A DNA stretch of 64,000 bases from Eledone cirrhosa (taxonomy: Eukaryota), in contig OZ024753.1 of NCBI GenBank assembly GCA_964016885.1, forward strand, positions 37,944,001 through 38,008,000, given 5' to 3'. Position numbers and translations under genes: made by a program. Positions 23,382 through 36,055 of this stretch are shown here, in pieces. A model generated the notes under the pieces. That model was not told the DNA's origin. It did not search any database and saw only the letters and a list, made by a program, of their open reading frames with translations. The stretch's first letter is position 1. Every line of letters begins with the position of its first letter.

Positions 23382-24872
23382 ACCATTTGTATCTATATAT
23401 CACCCTATGTGACACAGATTCCTCAGCCTGTTCCACTTGAGGCAACATATTGTACCAGAACACTGCCTTCATCGTTCGATGGCGTCTCTCCACAATCCCA
23501 TTTACTCTAGGCCTGTATGCTGCTCTGAAGAGGTGGCTTACATTCCACTCGTCAAGCACCTCCAACAATATCTCTCTCAGTATCCGTGCAATTTCCTCTG
23601 CAGTCCCCTATTTTCATCTCCCTCCTTATTGCCATCTGTCCCAGCCTACAATCAACCATCGAGAAATACATCCCCTGTTGCTAGTATGTTACATCGACTG
23701 CCAATTGCTTCCAGTTGTGCTCCACTGGGATGTTACCAATCTTGTGCACGCCTGGAACAGGGTTGATAGACTGGCATGTTGTAACTCCTGACCACTCTGT
23801 CTGCTAACATTGGAGTTGACTTTCCTGGCTAGGAATAGGGTCTTATCCACTCACATATGATGCATGGTATGCAACCTCCTCAACTCTGAGTCATTCAGCT
23901 ATCCCCTTTTCCACATCATCTGGCGCTTCCAACCTGGTTAAGATGTCTGCCCTATTTTTCTCCACGGGTAAAGAGACCACACTCAACTTCAGGTCGAACA
24001 CATCAGCCAGCTTTCCAAGAGTTTCCGGGCAGCCCCTCTCGTTTGCACGCTTTTCTCACTAATCTTACTCATCTAAGTACAGTGACCAAATTAGTACAAA
24101 TATCTATGATGCACAGCCTCCATCTCAGGGTGTCAATGTGTTTACAGTCTTCCCGAACCAGGTTACATCCTCAACACCACCAGTGACATCACACTAAATT
24201 TCCTCTTACTGGGTCATCCGCCTTACCCTCTCCAAGATCTCCTCCCCCCCATCAATGCCACTGTCCTTTCTCCTACCCTGTTGCTCAAACTCAACCTGTC
24301 CACTCATCTCTTGACATAGCTGCAGGCCTCCATGCAATTGGATAGTGGCCCAACAATTTCCCATACATTGAGAAAAGTTTTCATTTGTCCATGTTGGTGC
24401 CCACGTCTGGGACTTCACTTCCCCTCTGAAATACCAGTGCGCCTGTCTTGTCTCTTTGCAGCTCCATCGCCTCTGGCAGTTTTGCGGTTAACCTGAACCT
24501 TCCTAATTGGCCTGCCTGCTTGCATTGGTAGCAAACTATATCTGGCTTTGGCAGTTCCTTGCCCTGCGCCTCGTGTCGCTATATATAGGTCTGTGTAATT
24601 AGCTCACTCATAGTAATTTTTCTGTTGGAGCTTCGCCAAAATCTCACTGTGAATGTCATCTTGACAGCCCTTTCAATGTTTTCTCCTGTCAACTTGTCTA
24701 GCGTAGCCAACCGCTGTATTTCTGCTACAAATACGCCCACCTACTCTCCTGCCATCTTAATTTGCTTAACTTGGCAAAAGCAGCATAAGTGAATGCTTCC
24801 TTAAGACATTCAATTTTCTTCGAGTTCAGTTGGTCTGACTCATCCATCTGGAGGTATAATGTTAGTGCATTG
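23382..24872 (-). mobile_element. Decayed Gypsy-like internal region (duplicate)
   Basis: Duplicate of 14235-15725. Confidence 0.65.
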
Positions 24873-26500
24873 TTGTTGGCACCAACGCTAGATAGGTTGC
24901 TGGTCCTTGTTACAACAGATGAACCCTTTCTGCTCTGAGGAAATGGGAGTTATAAAAGGGAAATAAGTATGAAATTATGACAAGTGTGGTGTGATTTGAC
25001 AGTGATGAATGACAAAACATAGAAAAAACAAATTTCACCTCTAACACTAGGTGGGAGTAATTGTAAAAAATAACCGCATTTTGTTTATGTGGAGCTTTGT
25101 TTCTTAACGAGTGTTAAACAAATAGTTATGAAATTTATATTGAAGATGAGTTGAACGCTAGTTACACAACTGAATAACATCTACACGTAGTGTCAGAGAA
25201 GTGGTAGCCGTTCATTGCTAAACATAGCAGCTGTATCTCCCTCAAATTACACTACTCTATATTCTATTAAAAAGTGACGTATTACAAAATGTTCTAGAAA
25301 TACAATGTCAGAAATACTAAACACCACGAGATAGTCACGGTTGGAATATCTAAGAACAAAAAGAAACCAGCTTCGATAGTCTGACATGACAGACACCGAG
25401 AAATGAATTTCTTTGAGAAAAATATTACACCCATCACAACCCTAAAAAAACACACTATAAATAAAGAAAATATTAAATAAATGGGTAAAAATAAATTACA
25501 TAAACTCACATTTGCATTCAAGAAGTTTGGTGTGACAACGAAGTTCTATCGTTGTTGGTGGCTCGTTTTACTAAAATATTACCCAATATTAATAAATGTA
25601 CATGAATATTACAGCAGCTTAGCTTCACTCTTACCTGCTACAAAGTCGTGAATGATTTGACTTGCCATTAAAATTATTCAGAAGGAAACACCAATATTTT
25701 CTGTTGCAATGTGTTATTGGGGGTGTGTCGGTCTTATAATGTTTTGTTTGTAATTTTTACCTTTCCTTATTTCTATTTTTTAAAATATATTTATCATGTT
25801 CGATAGATAAGTTACTTATGAACGTTGAAATAGTTAATATATTATATATGTATTGATACCTTAACATTATATATTATTACGTACCTCTATATATAGGTAT
25901 GCATGCACATACAGTATAACAAAAACGCCCAGTAAAGTGGTCGTTCTAAAGCTTGTAATGGCTGAATTTTCGTTGTACCAACATTAGATAGGTTGTTGGT
26001 CAGATTAACCCTCAGACAATAAATATGAAGTTACGACAACTTTGGTATGTAACTGGGGGTGTGTCGGTCTTATCACGTTTTGTTTGTAAATTTTACGTTT
26101 CCTTATTTCTACAATTAATTTCTCTCTATATATATATTCGTTAGATAAATTACTTATGGACGTTAAAATAGTTAATATACTATAGAAAACAATGTTTAGT
26201 TTTGTAATAATTACGTGAATGTTAAACTTCTCTGCAACACGTGCTTTCTTTCAAAGTTAGCCTCACATTCTCAGTCGTATTTTCGTATTAGTCATACATT
26301 CTCAGATACGTTCTCATATTTATTTAGTATAATTGATATAGAACAAAGTTAATTAAACATATTTCTATTTAATTATATAATTTTTGCAATTGAAAATAAT
26401 AAAATTAAGTAACGAAAATGAGGGAGCAGCCAATCCTAGACAGTGGTGGCCATAACTGGACCCTGAAATCCAAACATTGCGCATGCATACACAAACACAC

Positions 26501-26531
<31 letters not shown>

Positions 26532-27147
26532 TATATATACATATATATACATATATATAATATACAGACATATATATAATATATATATATTATATATAAT
26601 ATACATATATATATATATTATATACATAATATACATATATATATATATTATATACATAATATACATATATATATATATTATATACATAATATACATATAT
26701 ATATATATTATATACATAATATACATATATATATATATATTATATACATAATATACATATATATATATATATTATATACATAATATACATATATATATAA
26801 TATACATATATATATAATATACATATATATATAATATACATATATATATATAATATATATATATATATAATATAAATATATATAATATATAATATACATA
26901 TATATTATATATAATATTCATATATATATAAATCCAAGGAAAACTGGAACTGTTAAGGTATCTTTCCTTGCTTATGTCAAAATTTATAAAACAAACTTTG
27001 TATTTTATCTGATGAAAGCATACCAAAGTTTGGGTACCCTTGAAATATATATAATAGAATAAATATGGTTTTATAAATATAGTTTCCATTTATTTAATAT
27101 CATTGTATATATAATATAATATAATATACATATATATATATAATATA

Positions 27148-27478
27148 CATCATCGTTTAACGTCTATCTTCCACGCTAGCATGGGTTTAGACGGGAATTG
27201 TCCCACGTGAGGCAAGATTGGTTGTCTTGCTCGTATAGGACTGTCTGCCCTTCCTAACACCAACCATGTTGTTTACAGTGTGGACTGGGAGGTTTTTACC
27301 GTGTTACCTACATGGCCACATTACAGCGTGGACTGTTTTTTTGTCGTGACACCTACACGACCTCATTTGTTTCGGACTGGAGGTTGTGGTACCAACATAA
27401 CTTCACATTTAAGGGGGTTGGGGTAGTGGGACGGGGGTGTATTTTGGTAGAGGTGCCTACTGACTGTAGGTTTCACTT
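27148..27478 (-). mobile_element. Non-autonomous RTE-derived element
   Basis: (TGA)n tail with GTGGAAGATAGACGTTAAACG end and RTE 5'-UTR motif CCCTTCCTAACACC; related to 46125-46497 and 59030-59291. Confidence 0.7.
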
Positions 27479-27865
27479 TGTACTTAGGCAAGGCGGGTCT
27501 TCTGTATAACTGTAGCGCCAAAGATCTCGGTCCAGTGACATCGTCTTGGAGAGGTGTAAGTGTGTGAGGTCAGAATTTATCAAGTCGTCCCAGGTTTTTC
27601 TACCGTCTATTTTTATCGCCCTGCACTTTTTTATACAGCTGTTGTCTTTTATGCGCATCACGTGACCGTACCAACGTAGTTTTCTCTCGAGTAAACAACA
27701 TCTGATCCCTCTTATTCCTAATTTCTCCCTTAGTTCGTTCATGCTTTGCCGTTCACGTATATTACTATTACACATCCAGCGGAGCATGCAAGCTTCGTTC
27801 CTCTCCAGTCTGCGTATATCCTCTGCACACAATGCCCAGGTCTCACTGCCATGTAACATTGCTGT
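27473..27865 (-). mobile_element. RTE LINE 3' fragment
   Basis: MLHGSETWAL...RLERNEACMLRWMC...LRWYGHVMR, homologous to the C-terminus of the intact ORF. Confidence 0.9.
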
Positions 27866-27867
27866 TC

Positions 27868-28280
27868 ATATATATACAAATATATATATATAATATAAAT
27901 ATAAATATATAATATAAATATATAATATAAATATAAATATATAATATAAATATATAATATAAATATATAATATAAATATATATATAAATATATATATATA
28001 TATAAATATATAATATAAATATATAATATAAATATATATTATAAATAAATATATATTATAAATATATATATATATATAATATATAATATAAATATATATA
28101 TATATAATATAAAATATAAATATATATAATATATAATATAAATATATATATATATATAATATAAAATATAAATATATATATATATAATATAAAATATAAA
28201 TATATATATATATAATATAAAATATATATATAATATGAATATATATATATAAAGATATATAATATAAATATATATATATG
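27868..28280. repeat. TA-rich low-complexity repeat
   Basis: Almost pure A/T, ATATAAATATATAAT variants. Confidence 0.9.
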
Positions 28281-30122
28281 TTAAGTATTTCCAAAGGAAA
28301 AAGAGTGCTCTATGTACAGAACAGAGCTATTAGAAAGTGAACAACACAATAGATAACTACTCCATTACCAAAGGTTTCAGGACTATAGACAATATTAACA
28401 TATGTCTAGATCATTCATCAGACAGAAAGGTTATATATATATAATATATATCTGCCCTATGACGTGTTTTGTTTTTCATCCTGCAGTGTGTCCTAATTCA
28501 ACTTGGTGGGGTTGCCGGTTTAGTCACTGATGACTCAATCATGCACAGGTTGTACTGGGTTACATTTTACCAGTAGCGCTGAAGAGCGACCTGACATATA
28601 TCTGGAGAGTCAACGGCCATCAAATAAAGTTTTTTTCTCTTTTTGTGGAGCGAGAGACTCCTAGCCTTCATTAAGACACCTCTCTAGGAGAAAGTCACTC
28701 TGATATAAAATCTGTGACTTCGTTTGTATCCAATGATGTAGACCAGTTCTTCTTTTGGGGTAAATGCATTCGATGTTCATAGAGTGGGATTGACTCTGTG
28801 CAAAGTCTTTCCTCACTTAAAAAAGCTTCAAGCACAGACATCGCTTGATATTGGAAATATGGTAAAAAAAAGGGTTAAATAATAGCAATGTGGAATTACA
28901 ATGAAGAAAGAAACACAATTGACTATTGATGTCATAGAGAAATACTTTTTATTCAGAAAATAATAATGATGATGATGATTTTTAACAGGCACATGGCCAT
29001 CTAGTTTGGATGAGAGGGAGTGTTGATTTAATTAAACCAATGGTACTTATTGTATTAACAACACTCACCTGGAAAGAAGGATGAAATAAATGTAAAGTTG
29101 AACTTGGTGGGATTTGAAATCAGAACATAAGTATACAAAACTAAATACAAGGTATATTGAAGCTGGAACTATAATTTATGTCATTCCACTGTACTAACAA
29201 TTGCAACAAAGCAACATGAAGTGAAGATTATAAGCTATCAATAGTCCATGGTTAATATACTGAAAAAACAAACAACAATGGGCCAACTAATGATACAATG
29301 GATAGGTTTGATGATAAAACTATAAATATATAGATATATATTTATATATTTGAGAAAAAATGTATACAAGAAGCTTTAATAGTGAAAAGTAATAAAAAAA
29401 AAACTTCACAAAATCTGATAAATGTAAAAAGTATCTTTTAAAAAATATTGTTCAAAATAACAAATTAATCTTTTTTATTTAAAGCAATATAAAAGAATGC
29501 AATGTAGTTTAAAATTGAGATTTGTAGTCATCTATATACAAATGTTAAATATACAGAAAAAAGTCTTTATATGATGTAATATATATAAGATGGAGTTGGA
29601 AAATTTTGTGTATGGGGGAGGAAATTTTTCTGTTGTAAAAATATAGAGTCTATGAGAGTTCTTTACTTGAATGTCACTTTTTAGTGTTTTGGTAATTAAA
29701 TCATGTGAAAAGAAGAAAAAAAAAAAAGAGATACATGTACAAATAAATAGGTGGGGGTGTATGTATAGAATGGTTAGTGGTCTCCAATCTCTTGTCATGA
29801 TACAAACCCCAAATATTACTATGATACTTCAATTAATATTTACTACATTAAATAATAATCATATCTCTCTGAGCCCTGTAACTCTTGAGGGAGTCGTAGG
29901 GATGCTGTATTGACATATGGCATTTCTAAGGTACAATTTTTAAACCTGGTGGAGCCCGTCTCCTCTCCAGATTTGAATACAGAGAAGGATAGAAAGAGAG
30001 CAAGAAAATGGAAGTAAGAAAAAGATATTAGAGGCAAAATTAACCCCAGTATTAGACTGGTACTTTTAAAATTTTTTTAATTAACATTGAATGGATGAGA
30101 GTAAAAACGAATACCACAAAGC

Positions 30123-30315
30123 AGGATTGGCAGTATCGGTAGATGGTCGGCAACCATGATTTGCAGCATAGAGTTACGGCCCTTTATGATCCGAGTTCAA
30201 ATCCCGTTGAGGTTAACTTTGCCTTTCATCCTTACGGGGTCAATAAAATAAAGTACCAGCCACGCACTGGGGTTGATTTAATCGACTTTGCTGGCCTTGT
30301 ACCTTTATAACAAAC
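30123..30315 (+). mobile_element. SINE (family B)
   Basis: GGATTGGCAGTATCGGTAGA head, B-box GAGTTCAAATCC, core TTTGCCTTTCATCC...AAATAAAGTACCAG. Confidence 0.75.
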
Positions 30316-31264
30316 CATTATAATAACTTGGCCAATCCACTGTCTAATAATTATATAAGAAAACAGGTAAGTAGCAATAGGTTTGGTAATGTACCGAGAG
30401 TTTTAGCAAGAACCATTTAGAATGATAATAGAAAGTATATATATATGTGCACAGCTTTTAAAATTATTTTCTTTCATTAAAGAATAATCTTTATAATGTT
30501 ATGAAGAAAGCCATTAAACCTAAACATTCATTCCTCTCCTCTCCAATAATTCATCTTCTATTTCTTTCAAAACCATCCATTTTAAAGAGTTCCTATTTAA
30601 ATTAAAATATTCCAAGATAATTTTATAAAAGAACAATTTTGTTATGTTATAAATAAATACTATCTTAATAATAGAATAATTAATAATTTTAGTCAAATTC
30701 ATTAATTAATTGGAATACATTGTGTCATTAGAAATGTCCAACTTCAATGACAAACCCTGCATGAATCCCCTAAAATATTTTAGCGAACTCTTTTTGTTTA
30801 TATGAACCCAGGTTAGAGACTTTTATGGGATTGATGAAATAAGGAGCTGTAATACTGTCACAGGAGTAAATCAGGTTAGTGAAAGAGAGCAGTGAGGGCC
30901 AACATCCTTTGTAGACAAACAAATAAACAACTTGATAGAAATCCAAATATAGAAACATATGTCATTAATATTGCTATAAAAACCACACATATCTCTGATT
31001 TTCACATACTTTCTTCAAGAGACAAAGGAGGACTAAAATATTCCCATTGCTAACATATTGACGTCTATGAAAATATTTTCATAAAATGACCACTACTATT
31101 TGCTTGTTTTGTTTCTAACTCTTTAATATCAAACTGCCTGAAACCACCACTGGTTCTATGATATCAAGCTGTTTGTTTTAAAGTCTTTACATTTATCTAA
31201 AATCATGTAAGTATCTTTGATACATTATGTTCTTAACATAAGAGAGTTTATTATACTAAGAAAA

Positions 31265-31568
31265 GCATGGAGATAAATATTAGTGATATTATTAACGGTC
31301 CCTTACACCAAGGAGATAAATATTAGTGGTATTATCAAAGGTCCCTTACACCAAGGAGATAAATATTATATTATTAAAAGCCTATTACACCATGGAAATA
31401 CATATTAGTGGTATTATTAAATGCCCACTACATCATGGAGATAAATATATTAAATGCCCCCTACATCAAGGAGATAATTAGTGGTATTATTAAAGGTCCA
31501 GTACATCAAGGAAATAAATATTAGTTATATTATTAATGGCCCCTTAAACCATGGAGATAAATATTATT
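31265..31568. repeat. Diverged ~40-bp minisatellite
   Basis: GGAGATAAATATTAGTGGTATTATTAAAGGTCCCTTACACCA variants, about 7 copies. Confidence 0.75.
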
Positions 31569-33664
31569 CCCAGTGTCCTGAGACTATCACTGTGTGTTCT
31601 CTTGGTAGTTAAGTCCCTTCCCTACATCTTAGAGAGACATGGCTCATGAGAAGTAGGGAAGGAAACCTGTCGAGGAAGTTGTGCACTCCCTAAAAACCCC
31701 ACAAGAGTATACGAAAAAGCCTCTGCTTTTATTGCATGGAGACTCTGTTAGCCACAGTGAAGGAAACTCGAAACAGCAACTCTGAATATAAAATGATGGT
31801 AAAGGAGGACACTTTAATCTTGGCAGAAAACCAGAGTAGATAACATAATATGTATGGACATGTAACTCCTGATGTAGTTGTAGGGGGCACTGTTGTGACA
31901 TGTAACAATATCTTAGCCATTTTAAACATGGCAGAGTCCATCTCCTCTCCAGCTCTGAACACAGCTAATTTCATCCAGAGAAGGAGAAAGAGTGATATAT
32001 ATAGGAAGAATTGGCTCCAGTACTGAACTGGTTTTTTTTTTTTTTATACCTCAAAAGGATGAAAGGCAAAGTTGACTTGGACAGGATTTGAAATCAAAGC
32101 ACAGAAAAATGGAATGAATACTGCAAAGCATTCTATCTGATGTTTTTAATGACTGCCAATTCGCTGCCTATGGGACAAAATACTAAGCTCACCCATACTA
32201 CACTGTGAAATGGGTGGTGATAGTGAGGGCTGTGAGCCATAAAAAACCCTGTTTAATCCATGCCAGCATGGAAAAAACGGACATAAAATGAAAATGATGA
32301 TGATTATGATGATATAGCACCAAGAAAATATAAATAAAACAGCATAAGGCCTCCACTCAGCTTCTTAGAATAACCAAGAAATGCAATATTATAGGGTTGG
32401 AATAAAAGTTAAAAAAGAGATTATTTCACTGTTTAAATAATTTATCACATAATGTAATGATTTAGCAGAAAATGTCTAAAAATGGATATTAATTCAAATG
32501 TTTATAGTATCTTTACTTGTGGACAGATTATTGTGAAAATTTGCAGTAATAAAAAGTAAAGACTGATGCAGTTACAGTGCCGTTTAGTTCTTTTCAAGAA
32601 TGTCTTGCTAATGTGCTTTCATTTGCTTTGTTAATTCAAATGTTTATATAATTTTCTATTAGTGGACAAATCATTGTGAAAATTTGCAGCATTAGAGTAA
32701 AGGCTTTAATTTTTAATTAGATACAATCATAGTATTTGCTTTGTAGTTTTAAAAATGATTTGCTAATGTGGTTTCATGTAGTACAGGACATTAAGAGTTA
32801 AATTTTATACAAAATGGAACATGTTATCCACATACATGTAACTTTCCCCCTTTTATCTGTTATGGAAAATTAATCAGATTCACCAAAATATTTACAAACT
32901 TTTAAAGAAATTTTTGTCATTGTTTATCTGTAATTTAAATTTCAACTGAAGTCTTTAACCCCTTTTAATTCCAAAACAATCCCTCCTTCTATAATAACAC
33001 TAAATTGTATATTATTTTAAGGTGTTTACATTTAACTAAAAACCTTCCATCATATTTTTATGTAAGAACCTCCATACAGGTTAATAATATTTTAATCATT
33101 TTCCAAATGATTTGAATATCATAGGCAGTATCTTCCATTAGCAACATGGTAAGATTAGCAACGTGGTTAACATTAGTAATATGTCAACATGGTGACAATA
33201 GCAACATAGTAACATTAGCGCTGTGTTAGCGTTAGCAATATGGTAACATTAGCAACATAATAAGATTAGTAATATAACAACAAATGAGTTAAAAACCAAG
33301 GTTCCAATATATCTCCCCAATAATCTTCATCTAAATTTAACTTTAACCCCCTTAATGTCTATAGTAGCACCAGTTATTTCATGTCAACAACAAAAACAAC
33401 TACCACTACTACTACTGGTATTAAATGGATCTCCACCAGTTTCTATGATGAATATTCAGTTGTTCAATCAAATGTTGACAGGTCAAAGCTTTACTCCCTC
33501 TTTCACCAATAGGCCTTTTCACTACCAGTGTATCACTGCTAATAAGTTTCTATGCTGACTGCACTAGTACTTGAACTTACTACATCTCCATCTCTGTACC
33601 AACTAAATCACTGTTTTATACTAACAATGGACAAAGTTGTCTGTACGGCACTTCTCAGAGAATA

Positions 33665-34040
33665 ATAGTTATGTCAGTACAGTTAATTATAATTAGTATT
33701 GTTAATTAGACAGTTATGTTAATGCAGTCGGTACAGTTAGTTATATCAATAGAGTTAATTATGTGAGTACAGTTATGAAAACAGTTATGTCAATAGAATT
33801 AGTTGTGACAGTACAGTTATAAAAACAGTTATGTCAGTACAGTTATAAAAACAGTTATGTCAATAGAATTAGTTGTGTCAGTACAGTTATAAAAACAGTT
33901 ATGTCAATAGAATTAGTTGTGTCAGTACAGTTATGCCAGTAAAATTAGTTGTATCAGTAAAATTAGTTGTATCAGTAAAATTAGTTGTATCAGTAAAATT
34001 AGTTATATCAGTAAAATTAGTTGTAACAGTACAGTTATGA
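33665..34040. repeat. Diverged ~14-18-bp minisatellite
   Basis: CAGTAAAATTAGTTGTAT / CAGTACAGTTATG units. Confidence 0.8.
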
Positions 34041-35041
34041 AAACATATATATATATATGTTGTGTCTAGCATCACACTAATAGCCAAACATTTCCCAAAT
34101 GAGAGGAACTACTTTACATACATATATATATGTTGTGTCTAATAGTCAAATAACTCCAAAATTACAGCCTAAAATCTTGAAAAGGAAGGCACACATTAGA
34201 TTATGTAGTCCTAGATATGCAATACCCAACAGAAAGACGGGATGGTTATGGCTGGAATGCCTTTGAACATAGATCTACTCAATCATAGTATGACCTGCAG
34301 TTAAACAAGTATAAGAATATTATCATCAACCCATTTTTGAAATATATTTTAAAAGAATACTGGGTACATATCACAGTACTAAGGAAGTTGTCAGAGTCAC
34401 TGTTTGAAAATGAAGTGTCTTAGTAGCCCCTTCCTTAGACCATCTCTAATCAACAAATATCGGTGTTTAACAACCAGCTTGTGAAATGAACATGCAAGTG
34501 GCTGAGCATTCCACAGACACATGAACCCTTAACATAGTTCTCAGGGAGATTCAGTGCTACACAGTATATACCAAGGTTAACCCTTCAAATTATAGCACAT
34601 TTTTCTCAGCTCAGAAGATGTGAAATAAAGTATTTTGTTCAAAGACACAACACACCATCAGGAATTGAACCCATGACCTTACAATAGTCAACTAAATACC
34701 CTAACCACTAAGCCACACATCTTCACACTAAATTAGCGATGAAGATAGAAATGGTTGGTCTGTCAATTTAAACAAAATACACACATAAAAAAAAGAAGAA
34801 ATTTCAGGAAAGTTTGTACAAAACAGATTATAAAACATGTATCAGTTACCAAAACTAAAATGACATTTCCTGAAATAGAGGAAAATAATGGAAAGTTTAT
34901 TGATGTAAATTTATAAAATGAAAGAAAATCCCATCCCTTTTGTTGCTGATGTAGCAAGAATTTGGGTTAGAAAATAACTAAACATAACAAAATGATTGTG
35001 AAATGTTAGAATAAAATATGATTAAGTGAAATGAGAAAACT

Positions 35042-35421
35042 GAGCTCTTTAATGCATTGCTCTTCCTGTAAGACAGCTCTTTAATGCATTGCTCTCCCTG
35101 CAAGGCAGCTCCTTAATGCATTGCTCTCCCTGTAAGGCAGCTCTTTAATGGATTGCTCTCCCTGTAAGGCAGCTCTTTAATGCATTGCTCTCCCTGTAAG
35201 GCAGCTCTTTAATGCATTGCTCTCCTTATATGAGAGCTCTTTAATGTATTTCTCCCTGTAATGCAAATCTTTAATACATTCTCTCTCTGTAAGGCAGCTC
35301 TTTAATGCATTGCCCCCTGTAGGGGAACTTTTTAATCTATTGCCCCCTGTAAGGCAGCTCTTTAATGTATTTCCCCCTGTAAGGGAGCTCTTTAATGTAT
35401 TGCCCCCTGTAAGGGAACTCA
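35042..35421. repeat. 32/30-bp minisatellite (probably in or near the 3' UTR)
   Basis: AGCTCTTTAATGCATTGCTCTCCCTGTAAGGC, about 12 copies. Confidence 0.9.
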
Positions 35422-35564
35422 TTTGATGATGACAATGAATAATTTCTGTTGGCTATACAGTAGCTGCTTGATGTTAAAATATCTGTTTAATAATGTACAA
35501 TAGTTATAGACTGTGTTGTATAACAGAGAATTCATTTATCAACTTTAAAATTTTTAATAATGGT

Positions 35565-35765
35565 TTCTAATTTAGGTAGAAGACCAGCAATTTGGGAGAA
35601 AGGGAAGTTGTTTACATTGACCCCAATATTTGACTGGTAGTTTTTATTATTGAACCCCAGAAAGATGAAAGGCAAAGTTGATCTCGGAAGGTGAGATATC
35701 AGAAACGTAAAGAGCCAGAATAAATACCACATGGTATTTTGTACAATGCTCTACCGATTCTGTCA
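35565..35765 (-). mobile_element. SINE (family B), diverged
   Basis: Reverse-strand core GATGAAAGGCAAAGTTGA and GACTGGTA..TTTATT. Confidence 0.65.
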
Positions 35766-35936
35766 AGTAAGGAGAATATGAGCAGACAACAATAATTAGA
35801 ACTAATTCCAAGACAAACAACTACAACTACAGAACAAAGTAGTGTGAGGAGGAATATATAAAATATCAACAGCCGCAATCTCTTACTCTTTCTTTCTCTC
35901 TTGTTAGTTTATCTCCATCTGATGTGGGTGATGATA

Positions 35937-36055
35937 TTATATGGCAGTCTGGGGTGGTGCGACACGGTTGATTAAATTGGTCATGGCTGTGTTTACTCCA
36001 TCAACAGTTTGGAATAAGTCTTCATTTGTTCTTGTAAATTCGGACATTGAACAAG
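35937..36055 (-). CDS. Last coding exon: CSMSEFTRTNEDLFQTVDGVNTAMTNLINRVAPPQTAI*
   Basis: Acceptor ttacag, phase 1; resembles the dystrobrevin/dystrophin C-terminal helix (DLL..D.I...M..L); TAA at 35937-35939. Confidence 0.75.

Larger units (their letters stand above)
17616..26790. repeat. Tandem segmental duplication, copy 2
   Basis: Near-identical to 7946-17615, with a few SNPs, a 3-bp indel and different satellite unit counts. Confidence 0.95.

Noticed and set aside
28520-28560. CTGATGA hammerhead-like core
   Set aside because: No correctly placed GAAA or supporting stems found.
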